DNA of 64,000 nucleotides from a virus: IMG/VR virus record IMGVR_UViG_3300031227_009907, positions 17,577 to 81,576 of that record; one strand, 5' to 3'. Shown piece by piece: positions 56,226 to 64,000 of this stretch (position 1 is its first letter; each line of letters starts with the position of its first letter). The notes under the pieces were generated by a model. It saw only the letters and a program-made list of their open reading frames with translations, ran no database searches and was not told where the DNA came from. The position numbers and the translations under genes were made by a program.

Positions 56226-57956
56226 ATGGAAGTTATTAAGAGCTATAGAGCCCCAGCAGGCGCAGGACAAGAATTCAAACAATTTGTTCCAATTACAAAA
56301 GTAGATGATGAAAAGCATATGGTTTTCGGGGTAGCCACTGCTGATGGTCTTGATGAACAAGATGAGGTTGTTGAATGGGAAGCGACTAAGGAAGCGGTTC
56401 CTGAGTTTAAGAAGTGGCGCAACCTTAGAGAAATGCACCAGAATAAAGCTGTTGGCACAATCCCAGAACTTCAAATTAATGATACTGAGAGGTCATTAGA
56501 AATTGGAGCCCACGTTGTTGATGGTGAAGCATGGAATAAGGTTAAAGAGGGGGTTTATAAAGGATTTAGTATTGGAGGGAAGGCCCTCGATAAAGTGAAG
56601 GAATATAGCAATAAGTTTAATAAGACAATTAGTCGTGTAACTAAATATCTTTTAAATGAAATTTCTCTTGTAGATCGTCCTGCACATCCGAAATGTGTTT
56701 TTACAATGATGAAGCGTGGTAATGATGATCTTATTACGCAAGATATTTTACAGCATGAGATTGTGCAGAAATCTAAAGTTCTTACTAGTCTATTGGCGAA
56801 AGTAATGTCTGATGAGGCTATTGCAGAGCTACCTAATAACAAATTTGCACTTGTTAAGAGGTATAAGAGGGATGACGGAATACACGAGGAGTGTATTTTA
56901 CCTATTCCAGATAAAGTTCATGCAATGAGCGCGCTACAGTTCTTAGGGAAAATGGGTCTTACCGAGTCTGAACAGAAAAAAGCTCATGGGCGAATTATAA
57001 AAGTCCTGGGTGCTAGTCACGATCCGTTGAATTGTTCGTATTGTGTTAAACAAAGAGTTAGAAGTACTGGCTTAAGTAAGGAGGAGTTGATGAAACGTAA
57101 TGATGTAGCTCGGGCAAAGAAGATTTTACAGCAAATTGCTTCAAGCGAAGAGAGTGAAGCTTCTGTGCCCAATGAAGATTATGTGATTGAAGACGAGCCT
57201 CTGGCTGAGGCGACTGAACATGAGCCTGACACAACTGAAGAGGATACTCGATTTGTTCAGGAAAGCGAGGAAGGGGATAGTGACGAAGGGCTCTTCGATG
57301 ATGTTGATGATCTAACGGGTGAAGCTGATGACAGTCTGCTTGACCGTTATGATGTTGACGATGCGAGAAGCGACGAAGAGTATGAAGATGATGGGGTGAA
57401 CAGGCTTTTAGATGCCCTTGAGGAGGAACTGGAGGGCGAGGAGTCCTCAACTGTTGGGAAATCTTGTGCTTATTGTGGAACTACCTTGAAACTTCTTCAT
57501 TCTGGGCAGTTTCAGAAAAATGAGGCAACCTGTCCTGGATGTGGTCAGTTGTACAAGCTGAAGACAGGGCAGTATAGCGAAGTAAGTTCTCCGGCGTCGC
57601 TGAGGAAAAAAGGTAATGCTAATTCTATGATGATTAGAAAGTTTGGCGATATTCTTGAGGTCCAAACTGGTTTAGCTGATGCTGTTGCCGCTTTGTCGGA
57701 GAAAATTGATGCTATTGAAGGGGCTCCTGGTCCTCGTAAGGGGGCTGAGGATACAAGGCAGAAAAGACCTATGAATAAGAGTAGCATTGATGGGTCTGAG
57801 GACGATGTTAATAAGTCTCAAACTCCCTCTCCGGCAGAGATTCAAAAGGCAGTTGGTATTAGGCAAAAGATTAATGCAGGAGAAGCCGTTCCTGTTGCGG
57901 ACAGAACATTTGCAGAAGATGTCTTAGACAGGAAAATTAAGGCTAAGGTTACGTAA
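56226..57956 (+). CDS. prohead protease (XkdF/HK97-type) fused to acidic scaffold-like region
   Basis: V.G.A..D.Q.E, REMH, WNKVK.G.YKGFSIGG, EISLVDRPA. Confidence 0.9.
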   Translation: MEVIKSYRAPAGAGQEFKQFVPITKVDDEKHMVFGVATADGLDEQDEVVEWEATKEAVPEFKKWRNLREMHQNKAVGTIPELQINDTERSLEIGAHVVDGEAWNKVKEGVYKGFSIGGKALDKVKEYSNKFNKTISRVTKYLLNEISLVDRPAHPKCVFTMMKRGNDDLITQDILQHEIVQKSKVLTSLLAKVMSDEAIAELPNNKFALVKRYKRDDGIHEECILPIPDKVHAMSALQFLGKMGLTESEQKKAHGRIIKVLGASHDPLNCSYCVKQRVRSTGLSKEELMKRNDVARAKKILQQIASSEESEASVPNEDYVIEDEPLAEATEHEPDTTEEDTRFVQESEEGDSDEGLFDDVDDLTGEADDSLLDRYDVDDARSDEEYEDDGVNRLLDALEEELEGEESSTVGKSCAYCGTTLKLLHSGQFQKNEATCPGCGQLYKLKTGQYSEVSSPASLRKKGNANSMMIRKFGDILEVQTGLADAVAALSEKIDAIEGAPGPRKGAEDTRQKRPMNKSSIDGSEDDVNKSQTPSPAEIQKAVGIRQKINAGEAVPVADRTFAEDVLDRKIKAKVT

Positions 57957-58031
57957 TATATTGATCTGAGAAAGATTAATATTACATTGCGAATATAATG
58001 CGGAATATCGGGATTCGGTTATATTCTTCCA

Positions 58032-58062
58032 GGGGCGTAGAAACCCCGTGCGTTCTTTGACA
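58032..58062 (+). promoter_or_regulatory. boxB-like hairpin + boxA-like element upstream of capsid gene
   Basis: GGGG-CGTAGAAA-CCCC then GTTCTTTGACA. Confidence 0.5.
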
Positions 58063-58089
58063 ACTTTATTGACAGTAAGGAGGTATGTT

Positions 58090-59115
58090 ATGAATACTGG
58101 TAGTCCTCTTTCAGTTGGGATGACTGATCCCCTGGAAGTGCAGAAGGTCGTTAGTGATTTGCAGAAGGCGATATCGTCCACTGCTGTTACCGGCCTAATG
58201 TTGGTAAGAGAAGACCTTCAGGACGAAATGGCTCTTGCACTGCCTACCGATACTCCGATTAGAAATCGTTTACGTCGATTTCCGGGTAACGGTGATGCGC
58301 ACGCTTGGTATCAGCTAACCGCCACGGTTCACGCCGAAGGTAGGTTTGCTGGGACTGGGCCTCATGCAGGCTTTTTCGCGGCTGGAGGCTTACCTACGGC
58401 TGTCCAGGCTAGTTACAGGTATATGAGTGCTCCCTACGTTTCACTCGGTGATATTGCGCAAGTTACGTTTTTCGCTCAGATGGCGGGTAAGAGTTATGCA
58501 GATAATAAGGCTCGCCAGGTGAAGATGAAAATGCTCAATGTTGGCCTAATGGAGGAGTGGGCGATCATCAATGGGAATAGCACTTATGATACTGGCTTGG
58601 AGTTTGATGGTTTTAATCGTCTTATTACTACTAATACGACGGACATGGCAAACGCACCGATTACCTTAAGTGCTGTGTCAACGACGGCTCGGTTAGTTGC
58701 GAATCTTGGTGGGAAACCGCAGTTTCTTGCGTTTTCTTTTCGTGATAAGCAAAACTTTTCTGAGTTAGTGTTGACGGGCTATTATAGGCTCTTTCAACAG
58801 CAAGGGGGTGGGTTGGCTGATGTTCCGTCTGGTATTTCTGTGAACCGCTGGATTTGCGATTTTGGGATCATTGATATTATTGGAAGCAGGTTTATATATC
58901 CGGCAACCGGGTATACTTCTAATAATGCGTATCTTATTGACGATGCAACGATTACGGATGACGGTAATGCCGTAGCGATGGTTGATTTGATGCCGGTGTC
59001 TTCAATTGATCTTGCAATCGTTAATACCAGCTATCGGACTCTGGTTGCAGAGTTCTCAGTTTTAATGATGACCGTTGAAGTCTTTCAGGCTAAGATCATC
59101 AATATTGGAGCGTAA
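58090..59115 (+). CDS. major capsid protein
   Basis: Follows protease; AAGGAGG SD; LQK-A, REDL..DTP..NR, EE.AII.G, EFDG. Confidence 0.85.
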   Translation: MNTGSPLSVGMTDPLEVQKVVSDLQKAISSTAVTGLMLVREDLQDEMALALPTDTPIRNRLRRFPGNGDAHAWYQLTATVHAEGRFAGTGPHAGFFAAGGLPTAVQASYRYMSAPYVSLGDIAQVTFFAQMAGKSYADNKARQVKMKMLNVGLMEEWAIINGNSTYDTGLEFDGFNRLITTNTTDMANAPITLSAVSTTARLVANLGGKPQFLAFSFRDKQNFSELVLTGYYRLFQQQGGGLADVPSGISVNRWICDFGIIDIIGSRFIYPATGYTSNNAYLIDDATITDDGNAVAMVDLMPVSSIDLAIVNTSYRTLVAEFSVLMMTVEVFQAKIINIGA

Positions 59116-59152
59116 TAGAGCGACCCAATAAGGCTTGAAAGAAGATTGTTTA

Positions 59153-59188
59153 TAAAGAAGGTTTTTCGGGACACCTTTTTTATTTTTT
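59153..59188 (+). terminator. weak intrinsic terminator after capsid gene
   Basis: AAGGT..ACCTT stem followed by long T tract. Confidence 0.55.
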
Positions 59189-59213
59189 ACATTGATTTAT
59201 TCGGAGTATTTTA

Positions 59214-60230
59214 ATGAAAATATATTCACTCTGGGAAAATGGGGTTACGATTATTCGTGGTAAGAGTTTTGAGTTTACCAATCATATATGCTATGTACCA
59301 GACGAATATATTTTTGATTTCTTGGTTGGTGGCCAGTATACATTCCTATTAAAAAATCCAAAACCATTAATAGAAGCTAAAAGAGGTCTTTTTATACGAG
59401 ATATAGGACTTGGAGATATTCTTCTTTGCACCCCTCTTCTTAGAGAAGTAAAGAAAATAAATCCTGCCATTAAATTAGATTTTATGGTTCGTGATAGGTA
59501 TAAAGAGTTATTTAATGGAAATCCTCTTGTCAATAAAGTAATTGCGATGAAAGACATTTCTACCGATTTATTAAATGAATATCAGTGGTTTATTAAATTA
59601 AATCAAATAGAGTTTGTTGTCGGGAAACATGAAAGCGAACATCGAGTAGATATTTTTGCAAGTTGTATCCCTGAAATAAAGTTGCCGATTAAAGATAAGT
59701 CTCTTATATACAACGTAGCAGAAGAAGAAAAGGAGTGGGTAAGAGGATACATTAAGACCCGTAGAAGTGTTGTTGGCGTGGTGTTGAGAACAACTTGTGA
59801 CAACAGAAACTTAAAATATTCTGTTATTAGCGACATTGTTAAGGCTCTTTGTAAAAAAGGTATATTATGTTTGTTGATAGATCATCAACAACAGCAATCT
59901 ATGTCTCCTGTAGATGGTTGCCTGGACTTAACTGGAAAATTAACAGTGCGTCAGTTGGGCGCTGTGATAGATAGGTGCGACGTATTATTTACTCCTGATA
60001 CCGGGACTTTTCATTTAGCGTCCGCAATTCCTGGAGTAAAAATAGTTAGTTATTTTGGGGCTATCGATTCTTTATTAAGAATTACTGCCCCTGAGAGGAC
60101 TAAAGTTATTTATAAAGAAATTGAATGTTACCCGTGTAATTCTTATTCATGTAAAAACCCAAGATGTATATGGGAGATTCCAGCAGAGACATACGTTAAT
60201 TCAATCTTAGGTAGCTTAAAGGAGAAATAA
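59214..60230 (+). CDS. GT9 (heptosyltransferase-like) glycosyltransferase
   Basis: GLGDILL.TP.LR, DLTGKL, DTG..HLA.A, FG. Confidence 0.9.
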   Translation: MKIYSLWENGVTIIRGKSFEFTNHICYVPDEYIFDFLVGGQYTFLLKNPKPLIEAKRGLFIRDIGLGDILLCTPLLREVKKINPAIKLDFMVRDRYKELFNGNPLVNKVIAMKDISTDLLNEYQWFIKLNQIEFVVGKHESEHRVDIFASCIPEIKLPIKDKSLIYNVAEEEKEWVRGYIKTRRSVVGVVLRTTCDNRNLKYSVISDIVKALCKKGILCLLIDHQQQQSMSPVDGCLDLTGKLTVRQLGAVIDRCDVLFTPDTGTFHLASAIPGVKIVSYFGAIDSLLRITAPERTKVIYKEIECYPCNSYSCKNPRCIWEIPAETYVNSILGSLKEK

Positions 60231-60592
60231 TGCCCCCTGTGAAATCTGGACTTTGTGAGTCTCACAGTGAATTAGCGAGAGAAGTAACGGCAGTTTCTAC
60301 ATCACTGACATTTGTTCTTGGGAGGATACAAGAGGTAACAGAACGATTTTCAAATGATGTTGGCAGCATAGCTGATAAGATGGGCGTTATCGAAAGAAAT
60401 TTTGCTAGAGAGATGGAGAAGAGAGACGAGGCGCATGTAGCAACTATGGAGAGGCTATCTACCCTTGAGGTAAATAATTCCGTTAGTAGGGTAAAGCTTG
60501 CATTTATTGGGGCAATTGGAGGATTGACTGCAAGCGGAATTGTTACCATTGTTGTTTTTATTTTTATTAAATCAATACTTAATGGGGCATAG
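60230..60592 (+). CDS. coiled-coil + C-terminal TM protein (holin-like?)
   Basis: C..H N-terminus, helical body, C-terminal TM. Confidence 0.55.
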   Translation: MPPVKSGLCESHSELAREVTAVSTSLTFVLGRIQEVTERFSNDVGSIADKMGVIERNFAREMEKRDEAHVATMERLSTLEVNNSVSRVKLAFIGAIGGLTASGIVTIVVFIFIKSILNGA

Positions 60593-60594
60593 AA

Positions 60595-62187
60595 GTGAGA
60601 ATTCGGGCACGCTCGGGACAGCGGAGCATTTTCCTTAACGGTAAATTTTATTCTATGGATGATCGCACTTTTATCACAGTAGATGATGAGGTGGGGGCTA
60701 AACTTCTATCTATTAATCCAGACATATGTTTACATCGAGATAATTTACCAAAGGGAGTAGTGGCTCCTATATTGACGACAAAAGATTCTCCTATCTTTGT
60801 GGTTATTCCCACAAGAGGGAGAGCAGATCATTTAAGAAAAACCCTTAAAGAGGTTATAAGTCAAAATCCTGATGGAATTATTGTTATCAATGATGGAGCG
60901 CAAGATAATACGGATAGCGTTGTGGCCCTTCATGGGGATAAGGTTAGACTTATTAAGAACCCTGGCAGGCTTGGGATAAATGCCTCTCGTGGAGCGGGGA
61001 ATGGATGTGTCCCAGACAATGGGATTGTTGTTGAGCTTGATGACCATGATTTACTTTTACCAAATGCTTTAAATGCTATAAGAGAAGCGTTTTTTGATCC
61101 TTTTATTAACCTTGTATATGGGGATTGTGAATTTTATGGAAAAGAAACTGGTAATTTTATTAAACCAGATTATATAAGTTGGCAATTGAGGGATGATACG
61201 TGTTATGCTACCGGAGTAAGGGCGTATAGAAAATTTGTATATAATGTTGCTGGAGGGTATCGAGTTGGAAGGATTGAGGAGCCCGCCGGAGATTATAATT
61301 TATTCCTTCGGATTGAGGCTTTATCCGGGGGTGTTGGGATTAAGAGAATTCCTAAGAAACTTTCCATAGTAATGAAATCTGGTGATGGTGTGAATGTTGG
61401 ATTACAAGACATTAACGCTGAGAAATTTAGGGGATTAGCTAGAAGCGGAAAACTATTGGGCGTTTCTGAATTGCATGGTAAAAAATCTCCTATAAGTCTT
61501 ACTATCGTGGTTGTTACCCATAATTATGGGATGTATTTACCGAGAGCCCTTTCCAGTATTTTTTCACAGACGATGCTTCCTTCAAGAGTTATTGTTGTTG
61601 ATGATTCTTCAGACAAAAAGGACAGCGCAAGAAATGTTGCAGCGATGTATCCTACTGAGTATATAAAGACTAACTTTAGGAATGGCAACAAAGCAAGAAA
61701 TGTTGGGGCAAGGCGTTGTACCGAAGATGCCATATTATTCTTAGACGCTGATGATTGGTTGTTGCCCACATTCATAGAGACCTTTATGGATAGTATGAAA
61801 AAGACAGGTGTTGACGTAGTTTATTCAAAATGGCATTCATTTAAGGACTCTAACGGTTCTTTTAAACTTATAGAAAACCATTATGATGGTGCCCACCCAA
61901 ACCATCCTCGTGATGGCCAGCTTCTAAGGCACATGAATTATATTGCAATGCCAAGTTTGATTAGAATGTCTAAATTCCCTGGATTTGATAATGATATTTT
62001 AGTTGGGCAAGACTGGGATTTGTGGTGGGCAATGATGAGAAATGGGTGCAGTTTTGAGTTTATTCCAGAAGAAATGTTCTGTGTGTTTATTCACGAGAAT
62101 TCTGTTTCACAGCAATCCGATCATCTTAAAAAATTAGAAATAGTCAGGCAGAAAAACATTGCTTTAGATTTGAAAGGAAAAAAGTAA
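60595..62187 (+). CDS. double GT2 glycosyltransferase
   Basis: VVIPT..INDG..LDDHD; second IVV..HNY..VDD.S..FLDADD..DWD. Confidence 0.9.
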   Translation: MRIRARSGQRSIFLNGKFYSMDDRTFITVDDEVGAKLLSINPDICLHRDNLPKGVVAPILTTKDSPIFVVIPTRGRADHLRKTLKEVISQNPDGIIVINDGAQDNTDSVVALHGDKVRLIKNPGRLGINASRGAGNGCVPDNGIVVELDDHDLLLPNALNAIREAFFDPFINLVYGDCEFYGKETGNFIKPDYISWQLRDDTCYATGVRAYRKFVYNVAGGYRVGRIEEPAGDYNLFLRIEALSGGVGIKRIPKKLSIVMKSGDGVNVGLQDINAEKFRGLARSGKLLGVSELHGKKSPISLTIVVVTHNYGMYLPRALSSIFSQTMLPSRVIVVDDSSDKKDSARNVAAMYPTEYIKTNFRNGNKARNVGARRCTEDAILFLDADDWLLPTFIETFMDSMKKTGVDVVYSKWHSFKDSNGSFKLIENHYDGAHPNHPRDGQLLRHMNYIAMPSLIRMSKFPGFDNDILVGQDWDLWWAMMRNGCSFEFIPEEMFCVFIHENSVSQQSDHLKKLEIVRQKNIALDLKGKK

Positions 62188-63041
62188 TGTCGATTAATCT
62201 TTCTATTATTGTCCCAATATATTTGGGTCAGAAGCATGTCGGAGGGATGTTAAAGTCTTTATTGGAGAATACAAGCCAAAGATTTGAGTTTATCCCCGTG
62301 TTTGATGGAGGGGGAAAGATCGAGGAATGGATAATAGAGAGACTGGTGCTGGGGTCAAATAAATGTGAGCTTTTTCCCATTCGCACCATAAGTAGATTAG
62401 GGTTTCCAAGGGCCGTTAATTGCGGGTATCATGCCATTGGGAATGATACTAAATATGTGGCTATTTTAAATCAAGACATTCTTGTCCCGAAAGATTGGGA
62501 TAAATATTTAATGGATATTCTTAATAGGTATAAAAATCTTGCCTGTGTTGACCCTATGACGGGAGGACATGGGATTCCGATGCACCCAAAACAGTTCATA
62601 CCAGCCCTTGCCAGTTGTGATGTATCTAAGCCTGAGACGATGAATGATATAAATAGGGTAGCACTAAAAGAGGTATCTAATGGTGTTGGATATGTAGTTA
62701 GTCGTTTTAGTCCTTTTTTCTGTACAATGTTTAATAGGAAGATATTTGATCTTGTTGGGCCAATAGATGATAGGCTTTCAAATAAGAAGACCGCTTGGGG
62801 ACTTGGAGAAGATGATGATTGGTGCCATAGGGCAAGAAAAAAAGGGTTTTTGATTGGTATATGTAAAAAGGTCTATGTTTATCATTATTGGGGGTCTTGT
62901 TTTGGCGAAAAGTTGAGGAGTGAAACAACCAAATCAAGACTTGAATATCTTGCTAAAAAGCATGGAACATGGCCGAATAAGTTTAAGCATTTTCCGTTCA
63001 CAGATGAAGAAAATAGATTAATGCGGGAAGGATGTAAGTAA
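62187..63041 (+). CDS. GT2 glycosyltransferase
   Basis: SIIVP, GF..AVN.G, LNQD, EDDDWC.RA. Confidence 0.9.
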   Translation: MSINLSIIVPIYLGQKHVGGMLKSLLENTSQRFEFIPVFDGGGKIEEWIIERLVLGSNKCELFPIRTISRLGFPRAVNCGYHAIGNDTKYVAILNQDILVPKDWDKYLMDILNRYKNLACVDPMTGGHGIPMHPKQFIPALASCDVSKPETMNDINRVALKEVSNGVGYVVSRFSPFFCTMFNRKIFDLVGPIDDRLSNKKTAWGLGEDDDWCHRARKKGFLIGICKKVYVYHYWGSCFGEKLRSETTKSRLEYLAKKHGTWPNKFKHFPFTDEENRLMREGCK

Positions 63042-63042
63042 A

Positions 63043-64000
63043 ATGGCGAGAGTTGTCTTGGTTAATCCGGCTGTTATTCTTAATAAGTGGGGGAGTTATG
63101 GCGGGGCAAACCGTCAAGAATCTTCTCTTAATCATGGACTTCTTTCTATAGCCACATTCCTTAATAAAAATGGGCATAAGTGTAGCATTTTAGATTTACG
63201 CGCATGTAGCGACATGGGGGATGCAATTGCCAAGCTTATGGGAATGGCCCCTGAAGTCGTTGGGGCAGGGGCGATGAGTGTTGACTTCGGGATGGCTCTT
63301 GAAGTGCTTCAGAGGGCAAAGGAAGAGCTTCCTTGGCATCCTGTGACCATAGTTGGAGGGGTCCATGCCTCTATTTCTCCTGAAGAAGGAGATAAGCCTT
63401 ATGTAGACTATGTGATTGAGGGTGAAGGAGAGTTAATCCTTTTAGACATGCTTGACACCAACTTTGAGAAATATAAGGACAAGAAAATTTTCAGGGGAGA
63501 GAGACCCAATCTTAATGAACTTCCATTTATAGATAGGTCATTAGTTGATTATAAAGAGTTAAATACCCCTTATTGGAAAGGAAGGTCCCCTTATGTTACG
63601 ATGATGGCGGGAAGGGGATGCCCATTCAAGTGTGCTTTCTGTCAACCCGTTCCAAAGTTGGTTTTTGGGAGGACAAGGCAAAGGGACGTTTCTAACATAA
63701 TACAGGAAATGAGAGAGTGCAAAGATAAATATAACGCTGCTTATTTTGACTTTATAGATGATACGTTTACAATTAATATAAATTGGGTACATGAATTTTG
63801 TGAACAATATAAGGCTTCCAAAATTGGAGTTCCCTTTGTTACCGCTATTAGAGCAGACATTATAGTTAAAAATGAGCAAATGATTAGGGAATTGAGGCGA
63901 GCCGGATGTGATACGGTTAGTGTCGGATTTGAAAGTGGGAGCAATAGAATATTAAGGTTGCTCAATAAGGGAACGACGAGAGAGATGAATCTTGAGGCAG
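63043..64000 (+). CDS. cobalamin-binding radical SAM enzyme (runs off window end; not in ORF track)
   Basis: MARVVLVNP..GLLSIA..GGVHA..EGEGE B12-binding domain; GRGCPFKCAFC; DDTF; GFESGS. Confidence 0.9.
   Translation, partial: MARVVLVNPAVILNKWGSYGGANRQESSLNHGLLSIATFLNKNGHKCSILDLRACSDMGDAIAKLMGMAPEVVGAGAMSVDFGMALEVLQRAKEELPWHPVTIVGGVHASISPEEGDKPYVDYVIEGEGELILLDMLDTNFEKYKDKKIFRGERPNLNELPFIDRSLVDYKELNTPYWKGRSPYVTMMAGRGCPFKCAFCQPVPKLVFGRTRQRDVSNIIQEMRECKDKYNAAYFDFIDDTFTININWVHEFCEQYKASKIGVPFVTAIRADIIVKNEQMIRELRRAGCDTVSVGFESGSNRILRLLNKGTTREMNLEA

Noticed and set aside
55875-56474. Minus-strand 199-aa ORF and other minus-strand ORFs
   Set aside because: They overlap well-supported + strand genes and have no recognisable motifs
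58048-58089. Capsid start at GTG 58048
   Set aside because: AAGGAGG SD supports ATG 58090; the upstream DNA holds the boxA-like element

Overview
64 kb segment of a large, unclassified tailed dsDNA bacteriophage (or prophage). Essentially all real genes lie on the + strand. Order: tRNA cluster (Leu-UAA, Lys-UUU, an unusual Ile-UAU with a long variable arm) and primase; an early/accessory region (2.1-11 kb) of small genes behind sigma70-type promoters, many bracketed by short direct repeats; an acidic AT-hook protein followed by two structured RNAs; a replication/recombination module (DnaE, UvsY-like, gp32-like SSB, UDG, RecA, SbcD, SbcC, 5'-3' exonuclease, RuvC-like, HIRAN) containing a tandem array of YegP/DUF1508-like miniproteins; MTases, TerS, a phage sigma factor and an intein-containing TerL; about 20 kb of very basic, modular putative head-cargo proteins around the portal; an XkdF/HK97-type prohead protease and major capsid protein; and a glycosyltransferase/B12-radical-SAM cluster. 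The most striking candidate system is the head-cargo region. Its modules (WYL-like, ART-like, zincin, degenerate LigD PE+ligase, a six-copy His-containing domain, cationic Gly/Ala-zipper peptides) are delimited by a recurring [ILFVM]-x-K-[ASGV] motif also present at the capsid and portal N-termini, and by a second acidic E-E-Y/E-Y-E motif. All family assignments are by eye from remembered motifs; no database searches were run.
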